IMG/VR virus record: IMGVR_UViG_3300028844_006119
Span: 32,001 to 96,000 of that record
Source: a virus
Length of the DNA stretch: 64,000 bases
Reading direction: 5' to 3' (one strand)
Below, in pieces: positions 18,944 through 30,600 of this stretch. The first letter of the stretch is position 1, and every line of letters begins with the position of its first letter. The position numbers and the translations under genes were made by a program. The notes under the pieces are model-generated. The model did no database searches, was not told where the DNA came from, and was given only the letters and a program-made list of their open reading frames with translations.

Positions 18944-21900
18944 TGCCCAGTAGAACTACCAGTACCCACCGCTTCAGCGTACAGCCGCTTACTCATCGGC
19001 CGGTGGGGGATGTTACTCCCGCAGAAGCTACGGGGATCATTGGCTCGTCCCAGATCTTCAGCGCGGCGGGGTCTACTGTCGGCGGGCAGCATCTAGAGGG
19101 CATGACGTTCGCGTGGACGGTCTCATCTCCCGAGGGATCCGCTGTAGAGAGTGTGGTTTTCGTGGAGAGCAACGGCTCTCAGGTTCGTCTGGACGCAGAC
19201 GTGACAGGCACCTATGTCCTGACCATGACCCCCACGTACGAGGGGGTCTCAGGGGACGTCGTTACGGCGCCGGCCTTCTTCTCTCCCATCATTGTCCCCG
19301 CGGTGAAGCGTCTGGCGCCTGACGGGAACTTCATGTTCACCGTTCTGTCCGACTTCTGGTCCCTGGTCAACGATAGGCAGGCGTTCCCTGTGCTGTGGTC
19401 GGGCTACACCCAGATAGTGGCCTCCGACTTCCTGCGGGCCCTTCAGGTCGATAGATCTAAGTCTATTGCGACAATTCAGGCCCTCTTCCAGAAGAGACAC
19501 ATCCCGATTTTCCCCAGGATGGACATAGATTCTTCTGACTTGGACATGTTTCTCGGAAACCACCAAAGTGGGAGCTCGGCGTTTACCGGCAACGTCACTT
19601 TCGTGGACAAGGGGATCTTGGTTTCTCCGACAGAGTTCCTGCTTCTGAACACCGCGACCTCGTCGGCCGTGGGAACGAGCATCAGTCTCTACTCCGGTGC
19701 AAACGCAGGGGAGTACCTGATCAGCAGGCTTAACCCGTCGGAGTCGGGGTACATAGTCTCCGAAGCCTCGCCGTTCCCGGACTACAGATCTACTATCTCG
19801 GTATCGGGCGTGGACCTGGTATCCACGGGGTCGGACACGGTATACGCGACCTCTACCGATTTTGCGGCTGCGGGGGCAGTAGCGGGAGATGTTTTACGTA
19901 TCAAGAGCGGACTTAACGCGGGGTACCATAGGCTCACCGCAGTAGGGACGGCTGACGGACTCTCCAACAACAAGACCCTCCAGCTTGCCGCCCCGATCTC
20001 TGCTGGCTCGAACATGCAGTTCGATGTGTTTACGGCCACTCGAGCGTCGTATCTGAAGTCCGAGGCTGCCACTACGAATACCGTATACATTCCCAGGTCC
20101 GACGCGGACTTGGACGCCTACGCGGTAGCGGCCCTGACCTCGACGGGAGGAGAGATCGTCTCCGACTACGAGATCCTGGTCAGCCAGCGGCATTTGATCG
20201 ATTCGGCTCTGGGAAGCCGGATACTCATCAAGACAGGATCCCTTAGCGGGAACTACTTTACTGTCTCATCGTTCAATCCGTCCAGGACAGGATTTATCGT
20301 CTCAGACCCGTTCTCCGGTGACTCATACCCAGAGCCGGTGACCTACGAAATTTCGGTTTCGGCGTCCATCCAGGATCGACTCCTTGTCCTGGACGGGGTG
20401 GGCCACGACATTGCATCGTATGCGCTGCTTGAGGGGCTCCCTACGGAGAGCGAAGGAGGCCGAGGAGACCTCTGGGCAATTACACTGAAGGACCCCACGG
20501 CCCCATCTAGGCGAGAAGGGCTGGAGTGGCGCATTGGTTCCACTATCTTGCTAAATAGCATTGACCATCTGGAGAGTTACGGAGTCAGCGCCGGAGACCA
20601 GATCGTCTTTGAGATCGAACGTGTGGATCTCCAGAAGTCGGCCTTCCTGTACTGCACCGTAACCGGGGTACGGGACGGGCAGGTGTCCTTTGAGCTGGGG
20701 ACCTCCCCCCTAAGCAGCGGGACAGCAGGACAACCGGATCCCGGGAATGTCGAAGAGATCTTTAGCGAGCTATCGGTTCCGTCGGTGGCACTCTCAGACG
20801 CTACGGGCGCTCCGATCTACACATCTAGTGCCCTGGAGGTCTACAGCTTCCTGACGGGATCCAGCTTCTCATCCAAGTTCTTTAATCTGCCCCTGGACGC
20901 GGAAACGCAGATTGACATAGACGAGTTCTTCTCCGTGAGACTCATTCCGCGGTACATAGTTCGGAATACGGCCATTGGGCTGGACCCTGAGGGCGACTTC
21001 GAAGACAGTCCGATATTCTCTGTCCCGGCCTTGGTGGAGTATATAACCCCGGAATCCGTAGACTCCACGGAAAGTGGCTACTTGCTGGTGGCCAAGGACG
21101 GTACCCAAAAAGACCTGAGTACTTTGCCCGTAAAGTTGACGGAGAATTCAGACTTCACGGTATCGGCGAACTCCGTAAAAGGCAGCACCGCAAGCATCCA
21201 GGCAGGAGTGGCTACTATTGTCCTGTCTGATGTGGACCTAGTGGCCCTAGACATCCGAGTGGGGGACTCAATAGAGCTCTTGAGTGGGATCAGTCAGGGC
21301 GTCTACTCCATCGCCGCTATCGTATCCAGGTCGTCCCTGAGAGTCGGGGCCCGGCTCTCCGATAGCTCCCTGCCGGTGTCTACAGAGACGTCGGTCTCGT
21401 TTACGATTGCTCGGCAGACTTCTGGGGTGTTCCTTAGATTCACTGAGCCGTACCTCACCGCCTCTCCGGCCCCAGAGAAGCTGTGGGCTCCTATGATCTT
21501 GGTAGATAACTTCAAGTACATCGAGGACAACTTTGGGGTTCTTGTAGGCGTGTCTCGGCAGGACATCGACCAGTACGGGACTACCCAACTGTCCTACAAG
21601 TCTGCAGTACGGGGACTGATGTACAGCTGGGCTACGGGGCCCACGTTCAGGTCTGCGGAGATTGGGGCACACATCCTCCTGGACGCCCCAGTATCGGAGG
21701 TCCTGGGGGAGGTCGTCGAGGTCAATGACGACTATGCCGGCAGCAGAGGCAGGATCGTCATTGAAGATCTTGCGGATGATGGGGAGACGGGGAAGGGGAT
21801 TCTTAGGACCTACCTCTACCCAAATCGGGACGAGTTCAACTTCGAGGGGTTCTACGGCTTGGGATTAAACCCCGAGACGGGAGATCCGTTTAAGTCCGGA

Positions 21901-23880
21901 GACCGGGTGTATCCGTTCACCCCTCTTTCCAACTCTGTCATCGTCAGCGACAGGGTCAGCAACCCCGGATGGTGGAAGAGGTACGGAGCAGTTTCTGGGG
22001 AGGAGGAGCTAAAGAAGTACCACACATGGCAAGTCGAGCTTGACCTGCACACTGTGGACTCCCGAGACATTGCGCTTGCGTCCGATTTTCTAATGAAGAT
22101 CCGGCCGATCTACACCTTGCCTAAGATTGTCGGAGTTCTGGCCCTGCGAGACACTGTCTATGTAGAAGATGACCTCTTCGTGGACATGGACATCTTTTTC
22201 TATGATGATCCCGCGTTCAGTCGAGAGTCTTCCCACATGGCGGACTCCTACAACGACAGCGGTGCCGCCACTAGGATGCTGGACTTTGGCTCCCTCTCTA
22301 CTCGAACTCTCTTCCAGGGCCACGACCTGGCGGTGGATAGGGCCGTAGACCCCGAGCTGGTCACCTCTGCTCGAGGAGGGTTTGCCTCGGGGTCTGTGAA
22401 TGGTGCGGGGGAAGCAGTTCTCCCCTTCATCAACACCTACTTTGATAGCGAAGTGAAGATCCGGGGGGAGAACTTCGTGCGGGTCGGGGATGTGCTGTTC
22501 ATCACGGATGGCCCCAACCGAGGTCGATTCTTAGTGTCGGAGGTGGTCAGCGACACCCAACTCAGAATTTCCCAATACGCGAACTCCGCCCCAAGAGGGA
22601 TTGACCCCTCGACGCACATGAGGACGGACGCAGCAGCGAAGTTCCACATTCAGCGTCATGAGGACGAGCTCATCACCTCGCACTCCGGGATCTCGTCTGT
22701 AGGCGCGACGGACAACATCATTGTCATCGACAGCGCCACCTTCTGGAGTAACGGGATCACTGCGGACGATGTCCTGATCATCTCTACCGGGAACAACCGT
22801 GGCACCTATCACATAGAGGACCTTGGCGTCTACAACCCCGTAAGCGAGGTCTTCGACGCAGAGGAAACTACTCTTACTCTTCGAGAGACCCTCCCGGATA
22901 ACGCGGACCTGTCTCACTCCTTCGAGATTCGTAGAAGAGCCCTGCTCTCCAATCCGTCGTTCAGCGCCACAGACGGCGTAACTACTGTCTCGACGAACTA
23001 CATCGAATCCGCGTCGAATCCCGACCTCTCCCACATCAAGAAGAGGGACACCCTGACACCCTCTTCGGGAACAGACCAGGACGTAGTCTTTCGGGTTGTA
23101 GGGGTGTCTGGGAACAAGATCTACACGGACCTCCCTTTTACGGCCACCGAGACGGCAGTATCTTTCAGCATCTCCCACCTGGCGTTTGACGAGGACGAGG
23201 ACGACAGTGACTATCGCCTCGAAAGGCTCCACCCCACGGATGAGCTAGAGCTGACCCTGTACCGACCACTGGCCTTGATCCACACCGGAACATTTACCCT
23301 GACGGACGACGGAGTAGCTGCGAATCCCGTCTGCCGGGCCACTGATGAGGGGGCTACAGACCTTACTGCCTTGGCTACCCCGGTTCAAGAGGGTGACCTC
23401 TTGGAGGTGGAGTTTGCCTACACGCCTTCTGGTGGGCCCGGCATCGCGGATGACATCACTACCAGCACTTCTCACGGAATGTACGAGATTACGTCAGTGG
23501 CCACTGACACCGTGACGGTGGCGAAGTCCTTCCCCGGCGTCGTGCTGTCCTCTGCCTCTCTTTTGGATCCCACCGATCCGGAGTATTCTGCTGCGGTCGT
23601 TCCTGAAACTGGAGTTGCCGTAAATATCTACACGCAAGAGGCCAACTTCACCGTGTCGGGGACCTCAGTGGGGCTGAGTACTGGCCTATCTGATACCCTA
23701 GGGTTCCCCATCACCCTGGAAGAAGTGGGAATTGTCCCCGGAGATTTCTTCGAGGACAGCTCTGAGGTGGGGTACCTCATCGTATCAGTATCGGGCTCGA
23801 CTCTTACGCTTGCCGAGGATACGGGAATCACCATCTCCACGCTCATGACCGGCAGAATCTTCAGAAGAGAGTCCCCATGA
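18943..23880 (+). CDS. Large baseplate/tail protein (1645 aa)
   Basis: N-terminal PKD-like segment (FAWTVSSPEGS...DVTGTYVLTM); repeated GD.L.I.SG.N.G.Y modules; context. Confidence 0.65.
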   Translation: MPSRTTSTHRFSVQPLTHRPVGDVTPAEATGIIGSSQIFSAAGSTVGGQHLEGMTFAWTVSSPEGSAVESVVFVESNGSQVRLDADVTGTYVLTMTPTYEGVSGDVVTAPAFFSPIIVPAVKRLAPDGNFMFTVLSDFWSLVNDRQAFPVLWSGYTQIVASDFLRALQVDRSKSIATIQALFQKRHIPIFPRMDIDSSDLDMFLGNHQSGSSAFTGNVTFVDKGILVSPTEFLLLNTATSSAVGTSISLYSGANAGEYLISRLNPSESGYIVSEASPFPDYRSTISVSGVDLVSTGSDTVYATSTDFAAAGAVAGDVLRIKSGLNAGYHRLTAVGTADGLSNNKTLQLAAPISAGSNMQFDVFTATRASYLKSEAATTNTVYIPRSDADLDAYAVAALTSTGGEIVSDYEILVSQRHLIDSALGSRILIKTGSLSGNYFTVSSFNPSRTGFIVSDPFSGDSYPEPVTYEISVSASIQDRLLVLDGVGHDIASYALLEGLPTESEGGRGDLWAITLKDPTAPSRREGLEWRIGSTILLNSIDHLESYGVSAGDQIVFEIERVDLQKSAFLYCTVTGVRDGQVSFELGTSPLSSGTAGQPDPGNVEEIFSELSVPSVALSDATGAPIYTSSALEVYSFLTGSSFSSKFFNLPLDAETQIDIDEFFSVRLIPRYIVRNTAIGLDPEGDFEDSPIFSVPALVEYITPESVDSTESGYLLVAKDGTQKDLSTLPVKLTENSDFTVSANSVKGSTASIQAGVATIVLSDVDLVALDIRVGDSIELLSGISQGVYSIAAIVSRSSLRVGARLSDSSLPVSTETSVSFTIARQTSGVFLRFTEPYLTASPAPEKLWAPMILVDNFKYIEDNFGVLVGVSRQDIDQYGTTQLSYKSAVRGLMYSWATGPTFRSAEIGAHILLDAPVSEVLGEVVEVNDDYAGSRGRIVIEDLADDGETGKGILRTYLYPNRDEFNFEGFYGLGLNPETGDPFKSGDRVYPFTPLSNSVIVSDRVSNPGWWKRYGAVSGEEELKKYHTWQVELDLHTVDSRDIALASDFLMKIRPIYTLPKIVGVLALRDTVYVEDDLFVDMDIFFYDDPAFSRESSHMADSYNDSGAATRMLDFGSLSTRTLFQGHDLAVDRAVDPELVTSARGGFASGSVNGAGEAVLPFINTYFDSEVKIRGENFVRVGDVLFITDGPNRGRFLVSEVVSDTQLRISQYANSAPRGIDPSTHMRTDAAAKFHIQRHEDELITSHSGISSVGATDNIIVIDSATFWSNGITADDVLIISTGNNRGTYHIEDLGVYNPVSEVFDAEETTLTLRETLPDNADLSHSFEIRRRALLSNPSFSATDGVTTVSTNYIESASNPDLSHIKKRDTLTPSSGTDQDVVFRVVGVSGNKIYTDLPFTATETAVSFSISHLAFDEDEDDSDYRLERLHPTDELELTLYRPLALIHTGTFTLTDDGVAANPVCRATDEGATDLTALATPVQEGDLLEVEFAYTPSGGPGIADDITTSTSHGMYEITSVATDTVTVAKSFPGVVLSSASLLDPTDPEYSAAVVPETGVAVNIYTQEANFTVSGTSVGLSTGLSDTLGFPITLEEVGIVPGDFFEDSSEVGYLIVSVSGSTLTLAEDTGITISTLMTGRIFRRESP

Positions 23881-24062
23881 AGAAGCTAAAGGAATCTACC
23901 CGGATCAAGGATCGGCTCTTGATTGAGGGAGGGAGCTTTACGCACGCCAAGGGCGGCATTGTCTCTGAGAATGGAAAACCTGTGGATCCCGAGGTCGTTG
24001 CAAAGGCCTTTGGGGTATCAATAGAAAAAGCCGTAGAAATTAGCCGGAGGCTGTCCCTGTGA
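23877..24062 (+). CDS. Hypothetical protein (61 aa)
   Basis: ATGA and GTGA overlaps at the two ends. Confidence 0.55.
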   Translation: MKKLKESTRIKDRLLIEGGSFTHAKGGIVSENGKPVDPEVVAKAFGVSIEKAVEISRRLSL

Positions 24063-24673
24063 ATTTTTCAGACCTAATGCGGTGGTTCCGCCCCGATGCG
24101 CTGGTTGAGCATAAGAATGCCCCAGCTATTAAGGGATTCTTCCAGGCGGAGACCCGCGAGCGAGGGAAGCTGGTGCAGAAGACCGAGGGGTTCAACGTAT
24201 GGACCCTCACCGGAAGAGAGTACCTCAGCGAGCTGATCTCTTTGAAGGCCGTGTCCCCCAGGACCTCGTACCGGGATGACCGCATTGCCTACATCGGCAT
24301 GGGGGTCGGCTCTCAGTCTGAGGAGGCTGGGGTGTCTTCCCTGGTTACTCCTACTCCCTACGCACCGGGAGAGTTCCTGGCGCCCGTTGCGTCTCCAGTG
24401 ACGTTTCCCGCGTCCTCCACGTCCTCCACTAAGACCTCAGTTCGGTTTATCCGAGAGTTCGGGCTCTCTGAGCTTAGCCTTGGGTACAACGTAGTTCTTA
24501 CGGAGGCCGGACTCTTTACGGACGGGAACCCTGAGGATAACTGGAAGCTAAACGCCCCCACCGGAATCGACGCTTCTGGCGACCGCGCTCCCGTGGCCTA
24601 CAAGACTTTCGAACCCATCACAAAGACGACCCAGTATACTCTTCGAGTGATCTGGGAGGTTAGGTTCCTATGA
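24059..24673 (+). CDS. Baseplate/tail-fibre attachment protein (tail-collar DUF3751-like)
   Basis: LTLTGRE-like start WTLTGREYL, IAYIGMGVG, LTEAGLF, VAYKTFEPITKT...VIWEVRF. Confidence 0.65.
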   Translation: MNFSDLMRWFRPDALVEHKNAPAIKGFFQAETRERGKLVQKTEGFNVWTLTGREYLSELISLKAVSPRTSYRDDRIAYIGMGVGSQSEEAGVSSLVTPTPYAPGEFLAPVASPVTFPASSTSSTKTSVRFIREFGLSELSLGYNVVLTEAGLFTDGNPEDNWKLNAPTGIDASGDRAPVAYKTFEPITKTTQYTLRVIWEVRFL

Positions 24674-27600
24674 GCAAGTTTAAGCGTCGGCCGTTTATGG
24701 CGGGACACACTGATGTCTTTGTCATGTCTCAGCCCTACCTCACGGGAACCGAGCACATCAACTCTGATGGGCTCCTGGACTCCATCGAAGCCCTGACCTC
24801 GGGGGTCACCCAGTTCGAGCTCTCGTTCGAAACTGAGGAGGGTAGCGGAAACTTTCAGCTAGATGTAGCCGTTACGGCGGAGGCGGACAGGACGCTGGCG
24901 GCCATCGTAGAGGCACTAAATACCGCCTTCGGAGCCTCCTCCGTTTCCTCTCTAATCGAGGCATCGGACTTCGAGGGTTGCTTGAGAATTCAGAGTCTAG
25001 GATCGGGGCTTGTAGATACGCCTCCGTTGGATGGCATTCCGGACACTCTCTCCTACGTCAAGATCCTGCCTAACGACAGCGGCAGCTCTTTTGTGGATGG
25101 GGCCGATCTTTTTGGCTTTCCCTCGTTCCCGCATCCCACCGCAGTAGCGACCGCAGGAGACCTGGCACATTCCCCAGTTCGTCCTCTCACTCAGATCAAC
25201 CGTCCTGGGGCGGCATTCATTGCCCGTGGCGAGGACCGAGTAAGCCAGAACTTCAATAGAGCCTTGCACCAGCTGTCCATCAACGAAGACAGCCTGAACA
25301 CCCGCCTTAAGGCGCGGGTTCCTGTTCCCACGGTACTGGATATCGAAAGGGGCTCCACTCGTCTGCAGAAGGACGCATCGAACCGTATCGTAGGGCTTTT
25401 GCTAACCGGAACCCATTCCGACGCTCTTGACTCCATTCTGGGGGCAGAAAGTCGGGTATTTGTTGGGGGAGGGCTATCCCGGACATCCACTCTCCTAGAT
25501 ATCGCAGACTTCTTCAGTGTGCAGGACCAAGAAGACAACCAGATCCAGGCGGATCAACGGGTTGTCCGCGTAGGAGCCGTTACCTCCGGGTACACCGGAT
25601 CGGTAACTGTCCCCACATTTGTATCTGAGAGCGGAGCGCCGACCTCCAGCGTGCCTGACTCTACTGTCCCGCTGGACAACGGAAACCTGCTGGGGCTTCA
25701 GTACGAGAAGACCGCCGCTACGGTCATCAGCTCCGTCACAGACGGCTGTGTGCTGGTCTGCGATTCCGCTACGTTCTCTACTGACGGCGTCATCAAGGGG
25801 GACCTGGTAACTATTTCCGGGTCCTCCATCACTGCGCCTATTTCCCACAACGGGACGTACTACGTAGAGACCGTGATCTCTGAAACAGAGCTCGAAGTCC
25901 GTCCGACAGATCACAACAACGTCTTGATTCTGAACGAAAGTGAGTCTGGGGGACTGGGGAGCGCAACGGTCACTACGGACGGAAGCTTTGCTCAGAACGT
26001 CGTTCTGATGTTCAGCCCTCCCATTGCCGACTTCCCTCCCGATCGGGTTGCGGAGGACGGGACGACTCCCATCACGGGGGTGTTGCGGATTGTGCTGGGA
26101 CTGGAAGCCCCTCTCGGGGAAGTTCCTTCAGAGTTCCTTGCCCGGTCTACGGTCAAGACTGCCGCAGAGGTAGACGCATTTGTCACTCGTCGTGTCTGGC
26201 GGAGGATGTCTTTTGATGGCCTCTACCAGGGACAGAGCTACGATTTCCGAGGCTCTCAGCAAGGTGGTGGCGCCGAGGGACGGATCACCCACGGCCCGAT
26301 CAGCCTAAGCGTCGCCTCCAACCGAGATCGCCCCGCTTCCCTGACCGCAGAGATGACCGGCGCAGGCTCTCTCGAGATGCGGGGTGACGATCTGGTCCTT
26401 ACGGCAGACCCTACGTTTGTCTTCTCCGATACAGACATCGGCAAGGTCGTATTTGTCTCGGACACCGGCGGAACTCTGTTTGCGGACGAGACTCCGTTCA
26501 CTCTCTCCGAGTTTCTGAGCTACCGGGAGATCCGTCTTACTCCTCCGGTCGACTACAAGGACTGGAGAACTGCGGACCTGGTCGGCACTACTTCTTGCTC
26601 CTTCGAGGTAGTTAGCGAGGGCCAGGCGGCTATTCAAGCCGCGATGATGTTCGTGGCGAACGACAAGACCGCCGCAGGGGACGCTTCTTCTAAGACCGGA
26701 CTGGTCTTTGTGAGGAACCACCGTGATGGCGCGGATGGAGACGTTTCCCCCGGAACCAGCTTCCTCCACCTGGAGAGAATTCGTAACGTAAAGACCCGGA
26801 ACGCTGGGGTCAATTCGGATGCCGATGCCCATTTCCTGTCGGCATCGACTACGGCCGCGGCAAGGACCATTACCCTTACCGGGACGACTTCCAGCGACGT
26901 TGTGCATCTCAAGGACAACACGCACCTCTTCTGGAGTGAGAACGCTACCGTCAGGTCCTCCAACGGGATCGGCTGCACACTTCTCCGAATCGTAAACGGC
27001 CCCAATGCTGGATTCTACGAGGTCCACGAGCTGTCCGTCGATACGGGGGTATTCACCGTACAGCCCATCGAAAACGCCTTTGATGGCGCGACCACTTGGG
27101 CGGGCTTCATCTCCACGGCCGTCACTCAGGTTGCTAACCTGTACAACGTGGTCTTCTCCGTAGGCGGCAAAAGAACCGCGCAAGACCCAGTACTTGGCGC
27201 AGTAGAGGTCACCTCCGGAGTCACTGCCTTTGCGGATGCCGCAGATAAGGTGGCCGAAGGCACGTACACCCCGTCTGCGGGAGTGGCCCGCGCAATCCAG
27301 GCTCACTGGATCGGTGAGGGCTCTGCTCTGCATGTCCGTGTCAATGACCCGGACTTCTACTCTATCAGCTCTGTAAGTGCCTCCACCGGGTACGCTATCG
27401 ATGTCCGGGTCTACAACCCGGCGCAGGGTGGGTATGTGCGGGCCCACGCCAACTTCAGTAGTGGGCGGGCTGCCGATCGGGTAGCTAGGGCCCTGAGGCT
27501 GCACACTGACTCTTCTACGGTGGATCGTAAGAGGGAGTCCGTCCCCTCAGATGTCCTTACCGAGGCGTCCGGTTCCTCTCTAGAGGCGACCAGTAGGTAC

Positions 27601-30600
27601 GCAGATCCCGCGATTAAGGTCATGGCGGGTACTGCGGAGGACCCCCAGCACACAAAGCTCTTCCCCGGCGGGCCTTTCCCCGATACTTCCTCTTCGGCCC
27701 TTGTCATTATGGACAACCGGTACGCAGATTTGACGGGAGAGGCGACAGACACCTCTACCGATCAGATCAACGTTCCTCAGGGACTAAGGATCGGAGCCCT
27801 AACGATCACAGGGGCAACTACGATCAATAGGGAGTCTCCCGTACTCAGTATGAGCCCCATACTGTCTTCTGCGGTGGCCCCCTTATTCGCCCTTCGCTCT
27901 TCCGTGGGATTTGGGAGATTTAGTCCTACGGAGTCCCCAACCTGGACCTCGGGCGCGAACTACACGTTGTTCGAAAACTCCAGCTCCCACGGCATTTTCG
28001 GGGCCTGGCCTGGAAAATCCGCGCATCTCATGCCCGGCTGGTCAGACCGCTACTACGCCCATACGGCATCAGCGAGTCTCGGCTTCCCAGAGTTAGACTT
28101 AAACTACCCGACCGCAGGGAGCTCGGTGGGCAGCATTACGCTCAGCAGCTCCGATTACTCACTGTTTCAGACCAAGCACGAGTATGTGCTTTCCCTCCCG
28201 GAGGGTCAGACCCTATTCGGAGGACCCTCGGACTTTGCGGAGCACCTGCCTGGAAGAGTTCTGTGGGTCTCATTGGATGACGGAACCGGAGCAGGAGAGG
28301 CCACGCACTCCTTCCTATTCCGGGTAGAGGCGATGGTTGTATCCTCTGGAATTCGTCTTGCGCTTTATGCGCAGGACGAGGGAGGGCACCGGCCCAACTT
28401 TATGGCCTGGACCGTCATCTCTTGTGGATTAAAGGCCGCTAGGTGGAGCCACGCATACATAGACATTGCCGACTCGATGATGATCGGATCGGCTTACCAG
28501 AAAAGTGAGCTGAGTTCGCTCGAGCTCTACGAGGAGAGCCTCTCACAGGCATCATCTCACAGCCCTATCCTTACGCTTCTCCGCACCTCTCCCTATGCGC
28601 CCCAGGGGGACTACATTGGGTCGGACTGGTACGACATCGAAAAGGATGCGGATGGCTTGGCCTCTATCGAGTACACGGGAGGAGGCACGGTTGCCGTCAC
28701 CGCAGCAAACTTAGGTCTGCTCTCCGACAACGTAGTGTCCCTCGGCCCCAGCGGGTTCATTAAGTTCAGCTTCTTCGCAGACATGAGCTCGAATCCTACC
28801 GGCCAGGCTCTCTGGTTGCTCAACCACGCAATCCCAGGGTTCTCACAAGAGAGTAGCCCCTTCAGTCAATTTTTCCTGGGCGGTGGGGCTACCTGGACCC
28901 AATACGACGACGGCATCGTAAATAATTCCCAGTGGAACGTCTATGCACCAGAGATAGACCTTCTGGGCGCAGAGGCAGACAGAAAGATCTTCCGAAACGG
29001 TTACTTCTTCGAGTCTATTGCCCTGCCTGCCTCAGACCGCTCCCGTATTGATGCGGCTCTGACAGGCACTGTGTCCGACTCCTCTCATATTGTTCGCTGG
29101 TCCCCTCACCGAGGAGGGAGCCTGTCTCTGGCCCAAAGCAGGGCAGGGCAGTTTCCAGCCATTAATGAACTGAGCGGTACAAGAATTTGGATGCCCGTCG
29201 GCAGATCCTTTTCTTCTGAGTACCTGAACCTGCGTGTCAGTGTTGCTGGCTCGCATATTCTAGAGGCTATCTATGGGGCCGACATGGCCACCCCTTGGGC
29301 AACCCATACTGGGTTCTTGATCGCCATCAGGCGTGCCGACGGAACAGCTATCGCAACGAAGGAGATGACGATCGAAGTTGCGGCGGGCTCTACGGGCGAC
29401 CTGGTAGAGAAGGCATTCGCTACCAGCCAGGACATCCAAACTGGCCTGACATTCAGTGATTTCGGAGATAACGGGTTGGGAGGACAGAGCCCGACTTTCC
29501 GAGAAGATGGGTCCCTCAACAAGGGGAGAGCGGAGACAAGTGAGCCTCTATTTGTCACCATCGATTTCTACACGCTGCGACTGTCCAGTACGGAAAGCCT
29601 GGACTCCACTAAGGCTGTGGAGTTGTACGCGACACTGCCGGAGCTGGGGGGAGGCACTTCTCCGGTTATTCCGTTGCCATACGAGGAGATCGCGGGGAGT
29701 GACGCCAACAATGGCAGACTAATCTTCTCCGCACTTCAAGTAACTGACGTTCGTCCTCCCGCATACCTCACAGGCTCTGCCGCAGTTGGAGGCACCGTAA
29801 CGGCAAGGAACTTCAGGTATAGGGATGCGGTCACCAAGTATCTCAGTTCCGGCCCGGAGAAAGTGCAGTTCCATACCGGCCTTCGCTATTCCAATGTGGC
29901 CAGCTCTCATACGTTCACTCTGGCGCCTGCGGCGGACAATTACTACCCGTCCAGCTCAGCTTCTGCCTTGGGACAGCAGACGGGAAACATGTCTCTCGGC
30001 AAATCTGCCTTTAACGGGCTAGGGCCCATTACAGGCATGTTTCAGCCACTTTACGGGTCCGCCGGAGGGTTCAGGTCAACCGAGAGGATCGGATACCTCA
30101 CGGATTCGGCCCTGGATGCGGATATCACTGCCCTGGGGCTGGGGGACAATGCGTACACTTTGGGGACGAGTAACGACCAAGATTCGGTGAGGCTTGTAAA
30201 TGAGCTCAATGGGTCGGGGGTATTGGGATCTGTCAACTCCAAGACTGCGGTCGCCCCCGCGCCAGCGGGCCTGGCAACTCCCCAAGGAATGAGTAGCGTA
30301 GCGGTGCCGGACTCGGCCCTGAATCTGACATATACCGATCAGGGTCAGCCATGGGTTCAGGTAACGCACGACCAGTCTGTGCAGTTCCATAGGGGGGTTA
30401 GCGGTGCGTCTATCGTAGGGCACCACTCAAACGACCCTCTTTGGTACCAGTGTGAGGCCCTCAGCCGCAAAAGAGGCTCCGTCTCCCAGTATCTAGTAAG
30501 GGGAGTGTCGGACGGGTATACCTCTACGGCGCGCGATGCCGAGTTCCTATTCCATAGAAATGGCGTAGTAATGCCGGGCCCAACAGGATTTGTGGTCCCC

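Noticed and set aside
26305-27504. 399-aa - strand ORF, and similar ORFs at 54541, 57283, 32027 and 39746
   Set aside because: They lie wholly opposite longer, better-supported genes; this is expected at high GC.
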